64,000 nt of DNA from Alphaproteobacteria bacterium (GCA_024275895.1 JAJRYE010000013.1:26211-90210), one strand, 5' to 3'. Positions 1 through 10,275 are shown, counted from the first letter of the stretch. Made by a program: numbers and translations. The notes: generated from the letters alone by a model not told the origin.

Positions 1-564
1 GCCGCGCTCGGCCATGAAATTGGACAGCAGGCAACGGCCTGAATAGGTCATGCACATGGCGCCGTGAATAAAGGCTTCCAGCTTGATACCGGGGCATTTT
101 TCACGGATTTCCTTCAATTCGGAGAATGAGACCTCGCGCGCCAAAACACACAGATCGGCGCCCTGCTCCTGCCAGAATTTAACTGATAGCCACGAGCAGA
201 TATTGCTCTGGGTCGAGATATGCAGGCTCAACTCCGGCGCGTTTTGGCGGACATATTGAAACACGCCCGGATCGGCGATAATCAGCCCGTCGGGATTTAC
301 CGTCCGTACCGTTTCGATATATTCGTCGAGTTTCAGGATGTCCTTGTTGTGGGAAAACAGATTAAGCGTCAGATAGGCGCGCTTGCCATACCGGTGGCAA
401 AACCGGACCCCTTCGATAACATCCTGCAAGGAGAATTCCGACCTTGTCCGCAAGGACATGTCCGGCGTGCCCAGATAAACGGCGTCGGCGCCGTAAAGCA
501 CCGCCATCTTCAGCTTGCGCAGATTGCCCGCCGGCATGAGAAGTTCGGGTTGTCTGGCTGTCAT
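1..564 (-). CDS. Peptidase U32 family protein (YegQ/TrhP-like), N-terminal part; gene continues off the left edge
   Basis: Not in the ORF track. Own minus-strand translation from ATG at 564: MTARQPELLMPAGNLRKLKMAVLYGADAVYLG...LIIADPGV...HISTQSNI...FIHGAMCMTYSGRCLLSNFMAERG, the typical U32 N-terminal pattern. The listed + ORF 220..636 is its antisense shadow. Confidence 0.75.
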   Translation of the reverse strand, partial: MTARQPELLMPAGNLRKLKMAVLYGADAVYLGTPDMSLRTRSEFSLQDVIEGVRFCHRYGKRAYLTLNLFSHNKDILKLDEYIETVRTVNPDGLIIADPGVFQYVRQNAPELSLHISTQSNICSWLSVKFWQEQGADLCVLAREVSFSELKEIREKCPGIKLEAFIHGAMCMTYSGRCLLSNFMAERG

Positions 565-702
565 GATGTTCCGGCCGTTGCTTTGACTTGCAGTAGTGAT
601 AGAGACAAGGGAAGCAAATTGGAAGTTCAAGGTTGACCGGGACGGGATTTTGAGGAGTAATAGTCGGCTTCCGGGGTGCAATAAAAACGGGGAGACCAGA
701 AC

Positions 703-1350
703 ATGCCCCTTACACGCAGAGAGTTTGTAGCCGGCACAGCGGCAAGCCTGGCGCTGGGAAGCGCTCCGGCGGCGCAGGCAAAGCTGGCAAAAACCACGGC
801 CGATATGTATTACAACGGCTGGGCAACGGATAATGATGTCACCTACCGGCGGACCAACTTCAAGGTGATCAAGCCGCAATGGAAGCGGCAGATGGTGCGT
901 TACTACTCCCCGGAGCCGCAAGGGACGGTTGTGGTCGATACCAAAAATCATTTCCTCTATATGATCTGGGAAAACCAGACGGCGATCCGCTACGGGGTCG
1001 GGGTCGGCAGGGAAGGCTTTAAATGGTTCGGACGCGCCCGCATTGACCGCAAGGCAATCTGGCCGCGCTGGGTGCCGCCGCCCGAGATGCTCAAACGGCA
1101 GCCGGAGCTGCCCAGATTCATGAACGGCGGCGCGGATAATCCGCTGGGGCCAAGGGCGCTGTATCTGTATAATAACGGCCGCGACACCGGCTACCGGCTG
1201 CATGGCACCTATCAGCCCTGGACGATCGGTTCGGATGTCTCCAGCGGCTGTATAAGGATGTTCCCGGAAGACGTGATTGATTTGTACCAGCGTTGCCCCA
1301 TCGGCACGCGGGTTCTGGTGTTGAAACATCTGGGTTCAAAGGATGCCTGA
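703..1350 (+). CDS. L,D-transpeptidase (YkuD/ErfK family) with Tat-type signal peptide
   Basis: N-terminus MPLTRREFVAGTAASLALGSAPAAQA (twin-Arg signal). Catalytic YkuD motif YRLHGT...IGSDVSSGCIRM. Confidence 0.85.
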   Translation: MPLTRREFVAGTAASLALGSAPAAQAKLAKTTADMYYNGWATDNDVTYRRTNFKVIKPQWKRQMVRYYSPEPQGTVVVDTKNHFLYMIWENQTAIRYGVGVGREGFKWFGRARIDRKAIWPRWVPPPEMLKRQPELPRFMNGGADNPLGPRALYLYNNGRDTGYRLHGTYQPWTIGSDVSSGCIRMFPEDVIDLYQRCPIGTRVLVLKHLGSKDA

Positions 1351-1383
1351 ACGTATCTGATCCGGGTTGGGGGGAGTTTTGAT

Positions 1384-1878
1384 ATGAGATGGAAAATTGC
1401 AGGGGTTATCTGTATCGCCCTGGTGCTGACGGGCTGTGAGAGTGTGCGTAAAATGGCTTCGCCGGAGGTCACCAATGCGCCCGCGCCCGGCTTTGAGAAT
1501 GTCAAAACCGGCTCGGAAGAAGATTTCATGCTCAATGTGGGCCGGCGCACCTATTTCAAGGCCGGGTCTGCGGCACTTGATAAAACCGCGAAAGTCACCC
1601 TCGACAAGCAGGCCGAATGGCTGAAAAAATATACCCGGTGGAAGATCAAGCTGCAAGGTTTTGCCGATGATCCGGGCAGCGAGGAGGCCAATGTGTCCCT
1701 CTCCAAGCGGCGTGCCGTGGCGGTTATGGATTACCTGCGCGCCCGGGGGGTTTCATCCGAGCGCATGTGGGCCAAGGGCTATGGTAAACAACGCATTGTC
1801 CGCGACTGCGCCGATATCAGCTGCAAGTCACAAAACCGCCGTGTGATTTCCAATCTGCGCGAAGAGTTTGACCGGTAG
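1384..1878 (+). CDS. OmpA-family (Pal-like) lipoprotein
   Basis: Lipobox ALVLTGC. C-terminal OmpA_C pattern FKAGSAALD...LQGFADDPGSEEANVSLSKRRAVAVMDYL...GYG. Confidence 0.8.
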   Translation: MRWKIAGVICIALVLTGCESVRKMASPEVTNAPAPGFENVKTGSEEDFMLNVGRRTYFKAGSAALDKTAKVTLDKQAEWLKKYTRWKIKLQGFADDPGSEEANVSLSKRRAVAVMDYLRARGVSSERMWAKGYGKQRIVRDCADISCKSQNRRVISNLREEFDR

Positions 1879-1889
1879 AACTGTCTTAA

Positions 1890-4253
1890 TCAGGCAGCGC
1901 GTGGATAGCGGCCGGGGCTTGCGGGGCCGGGCCGCTCGCCGCCGCGCAATGGATAGGGCCGCGCCTGCGGGTTGACCTGCGCCTGCAAATCGGGATTGAA
2001 TTGCGGGTTATATTGCTGTTCTGACAGCCCGGTCAGGACGATGCCCATATGCGAGGGGTCAACGCCTTCGGATGCCAGATAGGCCAGCGAGCGGGCAGCG
2101 ATATCACTCTTTGCCCCCGATTTCATGCAAAGCAGCGTCATGCAGGATTTTTGCGCCAGCCAGCCGGTTTCGGGAAATGATCCGGGGGGCGGTGTTTTTA
2201 CAATCATGACCTCATAAATCCGGTCAAGCGCGGTCAGAACGGATCCCAGCCGCTGGGGCGTGAGAAGCTGCGCCGGATCGCTCCGGCTCTGCCCCGCTGG
2301 CATAATATCCATGCCATCGCCGGAGTTTTTCAGGATGGACTGGGTAATGGTGGAGCTTCCCGCCAGAAAATCGGCAAGGCCGGGATGATGTGCCAGCCCC
2401 AGGTGCCGCTCCAGTTCAGGGTTTCTGATATCCGCCTCCACAAGTACCGTTTTGAGATGACTGGCGTTCATGATGCGGGCAAGATCAAAGGCGGTTTTGG
2501 TCTCGGCCTCCCCTCCCCGGACCGATGTGACAACAACCAGTCTGGAGCGGCCCATAATGCTGCGATGAAACGCCATCTGGAACAGATTGTATATTTGCTG
2601 TTCGTGAAACGCGCGCGCGCGCGGAGGGTCTGCATCCGCCGGCAGACGCGCCAGAACCGGCAGATTGGCGTAATTTTTTTCAACATCTGCAACCGCGGCG
2701 GCTCGTGTATTTTGTCCGGCCGTTTCCCGCTCCGGTTCGGGAGGCAGCTGGCCGGGCCTGTAATGCCCCGGTATGGAGGTATTGTCCAGTTCGTCATGCC
2801 AGCCCCGGGACATGAATGGAGATTCAGATTCTGCGGGCGCGGCCATCTGCGCGGCGTCATTGCGCCTGCCCGTTACCCGGATGGAGGCGATGACAGCCCC
2901 CATCATCAGCGCGGCGAGGAGGGCCAAACCGAGAATCGGGCCTTTTAGCGGGTAGGACGGGATGCTTGAGACGGTGGCGCGTGAGATAATTCTCGCATTG
3001 GCCGGCTGGGAATCAAGTTTTTCACGCGCGCTGGCCTCACGGTATTTTTTCAGGAAGGATTCGAGCAAGTCCCGATTGGCCTTGGCCTCGCGTTCCAGAG
3101 CCCGCATTTTGACTTCCGCCTTGTTGTTTACTGATGCAAGCCTCTTGAGTTGATCAAGGGCGCGTTTGAGCGCCGCCTCGCGGGCAGCTGAAACGCTGGC
3201 CTCGTTTTCAAGCCCCTTGACGACTTTTTTGGCCTCGTTGTCAATCTGCCGGTTCAGATTGCGCAAATCGGCGCGAAGCTGCGCCATGCGGGGATGCGAA
3301 GGCAGCAGGCTAGCCGAAATTTCGGCGATCTGGCGCCGAAGCCTCACCTGCTGCTCGCGCAGGCGCTGGATCAGGGGTGAGCGCAAAACATCCGCCGCGG
3401 CGTTAACCCCGCCCTCTCTGGAGAGCATGTTGCGAATGAGACGGGCGCGGGCGCGCGCCTCTGAACGTGCCGCCTTGGCGCGGATAAGCTGGGTGCTGAG
3501 CTCGGTCAGTTGCTGCGCGTTCAAAGTGGTATTGGGCCGCCCGCCGATCAGGCCGTGACGCTCGCGATAGGTTTCAACCGCCGCTTCGGAACTGGCAACC
3601 TTTATGCGCAGGCTTTCAATTTGTGACTTGAGCCATCGCGAGGCTTCAAAATTGGTGTCCGTTTTGGCGCGGCGTTGTCCCTGAATATAAAAATCGGCGA
3701 TCTGATTGGCGATACGGGCCGCGAGTTCTGCATCCTGAGAAGAAAACTCAATGCCGATAACCCTTGATGTGCCCATTTGCTTTACGGACAGCCTTTTATA
3801 GTAAACTTTCAGAACACGCTCATAAACACTCATTTTTGTCGGGTCTTCCATGAGCCCCAGCAGCACGGCCATATCAATGAGAAAGGAGTCTTTCGAGGGA
3901 TTGAATTCGGCCCGCTCGTCCAGTTTGAACTTTTTAACGATCTCAAGCGCCAGATCCTTGCCGCGCAGAACCTGTATCTGATTGGCGACGGCGGCGGCAT
4001 CGCTCTGGTAACTGTTGCGGGGCAAGGCGCGGTCAGGGCGGGTGAAGCTTGTCTCGCGGTCTTCGAGCAAAATCTGCACCTGGGACGAATAGCGCGGCGT
4101 GATCACCATCAACACGGCAAAGACACCGGCCATGACAACCGCGACGAAAGTCAGGATCGAAAGTTTTTGTTCCCAGATGCCCTTTATCAAATCCCGTGTG
4201 TCAAGCTCATCGCTGGCGTAAGTTTCAGGCCGGGACGGTGTATCGCTAATCAT
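1890..4253 (-). CDS. Exopolysaccharide transport / chain-length determinant protein (ExoP/GumC/Wzc-like) with degenerate C-terminal P-loop domain
   Basis: 787-aa ORF with N-terminal Wzz-like region plus TM, long coiled coil, second TM, and a C-terminal BY-kinase-like domain whose Walker motifs are altered (see findings). Confidence 0.8.
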   Translation of the reverse strand: MISDTPSRPETYASDELDTRDLIKGIWEQKLSILTFVAVVMAGVFAVLMVITPRYSSQVQILLEDRETSFTRPDRALPRNSYQSDAAAVANQIQVLRGKDLALEIVKKFKLDERAEFNPSKDSFLIDMAVLLGLMEDPTKMSVYERVLKVYYKRLSVKQMGTSRVIGIEFSSQDAELAARIANQIADFYIQGQRRAKTDTNFEASRWLKSQIESLRIKVASSEAAVETYRERHGLIGGRPNTTLNAQQLTELSTQLIRAKAARSEARARARLIRNMLSREGGVNAAADVLRSPLIQRLREQQVRLRRQIAEISASLLPSHPRMAQLRADLRNLNRQIDNEAKKVVKGLENEASVSAAREAALKRALDQLKRLASVNNKAEVKMRALEREAKANRDLLESFLKKYREASAREKLDSQPANARIISRATVSSIPSYPLKGPILGLALLAALMMGAVIASIRVTGRRNDAAQMAAPAESESPFMSRGWHDELDNTSIPGHYRPGQLPPEPERETAGQNTRAAAVADVEKNYANLPVLARLPADADPPRARAFHEQQIYNLFQMAFHRSIMGRSRLVVVTSVRGGEAETKTAFDLARIMNASHLKTVLVEADIRNPELERHLGLAHHPGLADFLAGSSTITQSILKNSGDGMDIMPAGQSRSDPAQLLTPQRLGSVLTALDRIYEVMIVKTPPPGSFPETGWLAQKSCMTLLCMKSGAKSDIAARSLAYLASEGVDPSHMGIVLTGLSEQQYNPQFNPDLQAQVNPQARPYPLRGGERPGPASPGRYPRAA

Positions 4254-4445
4254 GTCACCCTCATAAAAACAACCCCGACCAGAAGCTTGCCGGCCGGCGA
4301 TTCATCATCCGTGCCAGTAAAGCGCATTTAGGGTAACCAAAGCGTTAATCGCCCCGGCTCAACAGTCAGAATTTGTTAACTATAAAACCGTATCAAGGAA
4401 CAAGAGGCAGGAGAATCACTCCTTCACCTACCAGTGAGTGTGGAT

Positions 4446-5003
4446 ATGCGTTTTTTACAAATACTACTGATTGCATCAGCGGCCGTCTGGCTTGGCGGTT
4501 GCAGCCGCAGCCAGCCCGTCGTTGAAGTGACGACAACTTCATCCATTCCCTACACGCTTGATAACGGCGACCGGCTGCGCATCGAGGTGTTCGGGCAACG
4601 CAATTTGTCAAACACCTATGCGGTTGACGGCGATGGCGCGATTTCCATGCCGCTGATCGGCCCGGTTGAGGTGCGCGGGCTGACCACGGCCCAGACGGAA
4701 ATCCTGCTTGAGCGCAAGCTGGGAACCAAATATCTGCGCAACCCGAATGTCACCGTGGAAATCCAGCGCCACCGCCCCTTCTTTGTCATGGGCGAAGTTA
4801 CAAGGTCGGGGCAATATGCTTTTGTAAACGGCATGACGGCTCAAACCGCAATTGCCATTGCCGGCGGCTTTACCCCCAGAGCCAATAAAAAACTCATCCG
4901 GGTTTCACGCAAATGGAACAAGAAGATTGTCCAGTTTGATGCGCCGCTGACCTATCAGCTGCTTCCGGGCGACACCATCCTTGTCACGGAGCGGTATTTC
5001 TAG
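4446..5003 (+). CDS. Polysaccharide export protein (Wza/ExoF family) lipoprotein
   Basis: ATG 4446 gives MRFLQILLIASAAVWLGGCS (lipobox). Poly_export pattern YTLDNGDRLRIEVFGQ..LS..Y.VDGDGAISMPLIGPVEVRGLT...RPFFVMGEV. Confidence 0.8.
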   Translation: MRFLQILLIASAAVWLGGCSRSQPVVEVTTTSSIPYTLDNGDRLRIEVFGQRNLSNTYAVDGDGAISMPLIGPVEVRGLTTAQTEILLERKLGTKYLRNPNVTVEIQRHRPFFVMGEVTRSGQYAFVNGMTAQTAIAIAGGFTPRANKKLIRVSRKWNKKIVQFDAPLTYQLLPGDTILVTERYF

Positions 5004-5013
5004 GGATTATCCC

Positions 5014-6201
5014 ATGAGCCCAGATCTTCGCGTTCTTCATTGCCTGCGCGCTCCGCTGGGCGGCGTATTGCGCCATGTTGCCGATCTTGTGCATGGTCAG
5101 GCCAGGCTGGGGCTTGATGTCGGCATCATCTGCGATAAAAGTGAGGACAGTGAATTTGTGCAAGGGGTTTTAAACCGGCTGGCGGCACAGTGTTCACTTG
5201 GCATTCACCGCTTCCATATGAAACGCATGCCCGGTTATGGCGATATCAGCGCGGCGCTTAAACTGCGCCGGATTGCCATGTCATGCCGCGCCAATATCCT
5301 GCATGGCCACGGGGCCAAGGGCGGCGCTTATGCCCGGCTGGCGGCAAAAAATAAACAGATGGGGGTTTTTTATACCCCCCATGGCGGCTCGCTGCATTTT
5401 TCAGCGCAATCGCTCACAGGAAAGATTTACTTTTCCGCCGAGCGGTTGTTTGAGCGCTGGACGGATACGATCATTTTCGAAAGCCGCTACGGGCTGGATA
5501 CCTACAGCACCAAGATCGGTGCGGCAAAATGCAAAACCCGCGTTATTCACAACGGGCTCAGACCTGACGAATTTGAGCCGGTTACACCCGGCCCGCAAGC
5601 GGTGGATTTTCTCTATCTGGGCGAGTTGCGGTTGTTGAAAGGGGTTGATGTTTTCCTGCAAGCCCTTGCAAAGCTTAATACTTCCGGGCCAGTTAGCGCC
5701 GTCATCATCGGCTCGGGGCCTGACGAACAAAGCTTCCGCACTCTTTGCGGGGAACTTGACCTCGCAGCACAGGTGACATTCAAAGCGCCGATGCCAATCC
5801 GGAAAGCCTTTAAACTGGGGCAGGTTATGGTGATGCCTTCACGGGCCGAATCCTTTCCTTATGTCATCCTTGAAACCGCCGCCGCCGCCGTGCCGCTGAT
5901 CGCAACGAGGGTTGGCGGCATAGCGGAAATTTTCGGCGACCGGCATGAGGCCCTGCTGCCGCCGGGCGATGTGGATGCGCTTGCGAACGCCATGGGCGAG
6001 GCGCTTGCCAGCCCGCAACACGCCCGCGATGAAGCCCGCACCCTTGCCGGGGATTTAAAGGGGAAATTCACCCTTGAGCGCATGGTTAACGAGATCACGG
6101 CGCTTTACGGCGATGTTGTTGCCGCAAAAATGCCTGCGGGAACGAAATGTGAAGGTTTACCGGGTAGATTTACCAATCAGGAACCGGAACATAATTCGTG
6201 A
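5014..6201 (+). CDS. Glycosyltransferase family 4
   Basis: ATG 5014 follows the upstream stop at 5001-5003. GT-B/GT4 pattern ...VMVMPSRAESFPYVILETAAAAVPLIATRVGGIAEI... Confidence 0.8.
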   Translation: MSPDLRVLHCLRAPLGGVLRHVADLVHGQARLGLDVGIICDKSEDSEFVQGVLNRLAAQCSLGIHRFHMKRMPGYGDISAALKLRRIAMSCRANILHGHGAKGGAYARLAAKNKQMGVFYTPHGGSLHFSAQSLTGKIYFSAERLFERWTDTIIFESRYGLDTYSTKIGAAKCKTRVIHNGLRPDEFEPVTPGPQAVDFLYLGELRLLKGVDVFLQALAKLNTSGPVSAVIIGSGPDEQSFRTLCGELDLAAQVTFKAPMPIRKAFKLGQVMVMPSRAESFPYVILETAAAAVPLIATRVGGIAEIFGDRHEALLPPGDVDALANAMGEALASPQHARDEARTLAGDLKGKFTLERMVNEITALYGDVVAAKMPAGTKCEGLPGRFTNQEPEHNS

Positions 6202-7772
6202 ATATGGAAAAATCAGGCATGAGTGAAGGTCACAGCGAATTCATTAAAGATGAACCACCGGGCGAAATTGACGAGACAGATGCAGCACCAGCAGCAATTT
6301 CGGTGAAAGCCCCGCCCAAACTCAAGCCTGAAGCCATTGCCGAAGTGCGCCGGGAAACTCCCGGCCGCATTCCCAGTTCCCTGTTTCTTGGCCTGTTCAG
6401 GTTTGCCGATTTCCTTTTCATCACCGCCGCCGGATTTTTGATTTACGAGGTTTACCTCAATCAGAGCGAGCCGGGCATGGCGCAGGTTTACAGCCTTATC
6501 GCTGCTGGTGCGGCAGCCATCTCCATTGTCCTGTTCCAGAAAATGAAACTCTATTCAATCCGCGCCCTGCGCAGCTTTGCCCGCTCTTCGGGAAAAGCCG
6601 TTCTGGCGCTGGGGATTGTTGTCGTCATTCTTACCGCGCTGGCCTTTTTCTTCAAGGCCGGACCGGAATTCTCGCGCCTTTCACTCATCTTCTGGTTTGC
6701 CGCCAGTGCGCTGTACCTCATTATTTCACGCATTATCGGAGCCCTTTTGGTACGCAAATGGACCCGGGACGGGCATCTGATCCGCCGCGCTGTGATTGTT
6801 GGCGGCGGCAAGCGGGCCGAGGAGCTGATCGAGGCTCTGGAGAACTCGCAGGATACCGGCATCGAGATTGTCGGGCTGTTTGATGACCGCGATGATGGCC
6901 GCAGCCCGGAGGAAGTGGGGCGTTATCACAAGCTGGGCAATATTGATGAGCTGGTGGAATTTGTCAGGGAAACCCGCATTGATCTGCTGATTGTCACCCT
7001 TCCCTTGAGCGCCGAGACGCGTTTGTTGCAGATGCTGAAGAAATTATGGGTCCTGCCGGTGGATATCCGCCTGAGCGCCCATTCGACAAAGCTGCGTTTT
7101 CAGCCCAGCGCCTATTCCTATATCGGCGATGTACCGTTTTTCGATATGTTTGACCGCCCGTTGAAGGGCTGGGATACCTTGCTGAAGGAAATCGAGGACC
7201 GCGTGCTGGGGACGATTTTGCTCTTACTGGCAGCGCCGGTCATGGCGCTGGTGGCGATCGCCATCAAGCTGGACAGCAAGGGGCCGGTTTTCTTCAAGCA
7301 AAAGCGCTATGGTTTTAACAACGAGATGATCGGGGTTTACAAATTCCGCTCCATGTACACCGATATGAGCGATGCCGATGCGGCCAGACTGGCGACGAAG
7401 AATGATCCGCGCGTTACCAGGGTGGGGCGTTTTATCCGCAAAACCAGTCTTGACGAGCTGCCGCAGTTTCTCAATGTGGTCAAGGGCGAGCTGGCCATTG
7501 TCGGCCCAAGGCCCCATGCCGTTCTCGCCAGCGCCGCCAATCATCTTTATGTCGATGTGGTTGACGGCTATTTTGCCCGCCACCGGGTCAAGCCGGGCAT
7601 TACCGGCTGGGCGCAGATCAATGGCTGGCGCGGCGAAACCGATACGGAGGAAAAAATCCGCCGCCGCACCGAATGCGATCTTTATTATATCGAGAACTGG
7701 TCAGTGTGGTTTGATCTTTACATCATCGCGCTGACGCCCTTTGCGCTGTTCAACACCGAAAACGCCTATTGA
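6198..7772 (+). CDS. Undecaprenyl-phosphate hexose-1-phosphate transferase (WcaJ/ExoY-type priming glycosylphosphotransferase)
   Basis: Multi-TM N-terminus and central Rossmann-like segment. C-terminal bacterial sugar transferase motif DELPQFLNVVKGELAIVGPRPH...GITGWAQING. Confidence 0.85.
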   Translation: MNMEKSGMSEGHSEFIKDEPPGEIDETDAAPAAISVKAPPKLKPEAIAEVRRETPGRIPSSLFLGLFRFADFLFITAAGFLIYEVYLNQSEPGMAQVYSLIAAGAAAISIVLFQKMKLYSIRALRSFARSSGKAVLALGIVVVILTALAFFFKAGPEFSRLSLIFWFAASALYLIISRIIGALLVRKWTRDGHLIRRAVIVGGGKRAEELIEALENSQDTGIEIVGLFDDRDDGRSPEEVGRYHKLGNIDELVEFVRETRIDLLIVTLPLSAETRLLQMLKKLWVLPVDIRLSAHSTKLRFQPSAYSYIGDVPFFDMFDRPLKGWDTLLKEIEDRVLGTILLLLAAPVMALVAIAIKLDSKGPVFFKQKRYGFNNEMIGVYKFRSMYTDMSDADAARLATKNDPRVTRVGRFIRKTSLDELPQFLNVVKGELAIVGPRPHAVLASAANHLYVDVVDGYFARHRVKPGITGWAQINGWRGETDTEEKIRRRTECDLYYIENWSVWFDLYIIALTPFALFNTENAY

Positions 7773-7812
7773 TTTGCGCCCGGGGCCGATCAAATGAAAA
7801 CAGCAGGATGAT

Positions 7813-9150
7813 ATGACGCATTACCAGGGATTGAGCTCTGCATCCAGTCCGCCCGAAATCCTGAACAAAACCGATGTCATCCAGACGCGGATCCTGTTTC
7901 TGGTGTTTATCAGTTCAGGTTTTGTGATGCGCGAGCCTGCGCCCTATGATGTCCTCATGCTCGGACTTATGGGGCTCTCGCTCCTGACCGGCCTTCGGAT
8001 TCCGCGCGGGCTGGGGGTTATGGCCACCTTGCTGGTTATCTTTTTCGTATTCGATCTTGTGGGCACATTATCCGCATTTGAGCCCGAACGCGCCCGGATG
8101 CACGCTTATGTCACCATTTACCTTGGCATTACGACCTTGTTTTTTGCCTGTCTGATCGCCAGGGATTCCGAAGCCATCCTGCGCAAGATATTTCTGGCCT
8201 ACACCCTCGGCGCCATGATCACGGCGCTGGCGGGCATTATCGGTTATTTTGGCAATATCGAGTTGCTGACCCTTTACGGACGCGCCAAGGGGCTGTTCAA
8301 GGACCCGAATGTGTTTGGTCCGTTTTTGATCCCGCCAGCCCTTTTTGCCATCAAGAAGCTGATCAACTCGCCCTTAAAACGTGCCTGGCCGTGGCTTATG
8401 GTTCTGGGCGTGCTTATGACCGCGGTCCTGTTGAGTTTTTCACGTGCCGCCTGGGGGCATTTTATCCTCTCATCCGTTTTAATGATCTGCATGATGTACT
8501 TACTCACTGCGGACCGGCACAAAAAGAGGCGCATTCTCAACTATATCAGCATGATCAGCATCATGGCCGTTATCCTGATCATGGTGCTTGTGAGCATGAA
8601 ATCGGTTGGCGGGCTGTTTTCACAGCGCCTGTCCTTTACCCAAAGCTATGATATCGCCGAAAACGGCGGCCGCTTTTACGGCTACTGGATTGCCCTGAAA
8701 ACGATCCTCGTCAACCCGTTCGGGGTCGGGCCGCTTTCCTTCGCCAAGATTTACGGCGCGGATCCGCATAATGTCTATTTGCAGACTGCCCTTACCGCCG
8801 GCTGGTTTGGCGGTCTGGCCTATCTGGTTCTGGTTGTGATCACTATAAAACGTGGCTTTCATTTCCTGTTCCGCAAAACCCCGGTTCAGGAACTTTTTTT
8901 CGTCTGCTACGCCACCTTCCTGCCACTGGCGATCGAGGGGCTTATCATCGACACCGATCACTGGCGGCATTTTTATCTGTTACTGGGGCTGATCTGGGGA
9001 TTGATGGCCACCTATCCGCGGCTTGAGGGAAAATCCGGGCGTAACCGGGCCGCCCGTTCAGCCCCCGTGGCGGCTACATATCATCAAGATCAAAATCAAG
9101 AATGGCCATCTGGAAGTTATAACACAAATCGCCGTCCTCATCGTCCCTGA
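7813..9150 (+). CDS. O-antigen ligase / polymerase family (Wzy_C) membrane protein
   Basis: Polytopic membrane ORF with LLSFSRAAWGHFILS Wzy_C-like motif, in an EPS gene context. The last ~25 codons overlap the convergent DUF3126 gene, so the C-terminus is uncertain. Confidence 0.7.
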   Translation: MTHYQGLSSASSPPEILNKTDVIQTRILFLVFISSGFVMREPAPYDVLMLGLMGLSLLTGLRIPRGLGVMATLLVIFFVFDLVGTLSAFEPERARMHAYVTIYLGITTLFFACLIARDSEAILRKIFLAYTLGAMITALAGIIGYFGNIELLTLYGRAKGLFKDPNVFGPFLIPPALFAIKKLINSPLKRAWPWLMVLGVLMTAVLLSFSRAAWGHFILSSVLMICMMYLLTADRHKKRRILNYISMISIMAVILIMVLVSMKSVGGLFSQRLSFTQSYDIAENGGRFYGYWIALKTILVNPFGVGPLSFAKIYGADPHNVYLQTALTAGWFGGLAYLVLVVITIKRGFHFLFRKTPVQELFFVCYATFLPLAIEGLIIDTDHWRHFYLLLGLIWGLMATYPRLEGKSGRNRAARSAPVAATYHQDQNQEWPSGSYNTNRRPHRP

Positions 9151-9289
9151 AAATCAGGCCGATGAATTCATCGCCGATATAAACTTCTGCCGAATCATCA
9201 GCACCGGGGCGCTGGCGCAACTCGATGCTTTCCAGCATGAATTTCTTTTTCAGATAGTTCTCAAGACGCCCGACTTCTTTTCCGTTCAC
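9074..9289 (-). CDS. DUF3126-family small protein
   Basis: 71 aa: ...RQRPGADDSAEVYIGDEFIGLIFRDDEDGDLCYNFQMAI... matches my recollection of the DUF3126 signature, which usually sits next to cysE in alphaproteobacteria. Confidence 0.7.
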   Translation of the reverse strand: MNGKEVGRLENYLKKKFMLESIELRQRPGADDSAEVYIGDEFIGLIFRDDEDGDLCYNFQMAILDFDLDDM

Positions 9290-9438
9290 GGCAATATCCT
9301 CGTTTGCAAGGTAAAATTCACCTTATAAATACAGGGCCGGAGCCCATCAATATATTAATTTTCTTTCGTCACTCCGACGAAAAACGGCATTCCTTACTCT
9401 CGTCCAGAGGGGCCTGCTTTTGCCGGAAAGGGTTGTGT

Positions 9439-10275
9439 TTAATCCTCGTTGCCCTTGCTGGCAAGGGTCTGATTCATCGAAAGGGCAGGTTCCGAGCAGC
9501 CCGCCTCGCCGATAATCCTTGCCGGCACCCCGGCCACGGTGACATTGGCGGGCACATCGGCAAGAACCACGGAACCGGCGGCAATTCTCGTGCAGCAGCC
9601 AACCTCGATATTGCCGAGGATTTTGGCGCCGGCGCCGATCAACACGCCGCGCCGGATTTTCGGGTGACGGTCGCCATGCGCCTTGCCGGTGCCGCCAAGG
9701 GTAACGTCATGCAAGATGGAAACCTCATCCTCGACCACCGCCGTCTGGCCGATAACGATGGAATGGGCATGGTCAATGAAAATGCCGCGGCCGATTTGCG
9801 CCGCGGGATGAATGTCGACCGTAAAACATCTTGAGGAGCGGCTTTGCAGATAAAGGGCAAAATCACGCCGCCCGTGCCGCCACAGCCAATGGGCCAGACG
9901 GTAGGCCTGCAAGGCCTGAAAGCCCTTGAAATAGAGTACCGGATCAAGATAGCGGTCGCAGGCCGGGTCGCGCTCGAATACGGCCACGACATCGGCGCGT
10001 ATAGCCTCGCAGACCGCTTTGTCGTCCTTGACCATATCCTCAAAAGCCTGCCGGATCAGGGTCGAGCGGATATCAGCATGATCAAGCGCCTCGGCAATGC
10101 GGTAGGCAATGGCCTGTTCCAGCGAGGTGTGATTGAGAATCGAGGAAAACAGAAAACCGGCAAATTGCGGCTCGCGGTGCGCGGCCTCTTCGGCCTCGGC
10201 GCAAATTCTTGTCCAGACAGGATCAATGCGGTCGGTTGCGCGGCGTTTGTTTAAAGACGGGCCATCTGCAGGCAT
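9439..10275 (-). CDS. cysE: Serine O-acetyltransferase
   Basis: SATase N-domain followed by hexapeptide repeats ...IDIHPAAQIGRGIFIDHAHSIVIGQTAVVEDEVSILHDVTLGGTGK..GDRHPKIRRGVLIGAGAKILGNIEVG... Confidence 0.9.
   Translation of the reverse strand: MPADGPSLNKRRATDRIDPVWTRICAEAEEAAHREPQFAGFLFSSILNHTSLEQAIAYRIAEALDHADIRSTLIRQAFEDMVKDDKAVCEAIRADVVAVFERDPACDRYLDPVLYFKGFQALQAYRLAHWLWRHGRRDFALYLQSRSSRCFTVDIHPAAQIGRGIFIDHAHSIVIGQTAVVEDEVSILHDVTLGGTGKAHGDRHPKIRRGVLIGAGAKILGNIEVGCCTRIAAGSVVLADVPANVTVAGVPARIIGEAGCSEPALSMNQTLASKGNED

Noticed and set aside
220-636. 138-aa + strand ORF listed in the track
   Set aside because: It is the antisense shadow of a clearly recognisable U32 peptidase gene on the minus strand (1..564). 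The product has no recognisable features.
4254-4445. TAAC-N7-TTAA and GTTAAC-like strings upstream of the exporter gene as CtrA boxes
   Set aside because: They do not match TTAA-N7-TTAA in either orientation; likely chance A/T-rich sequence.
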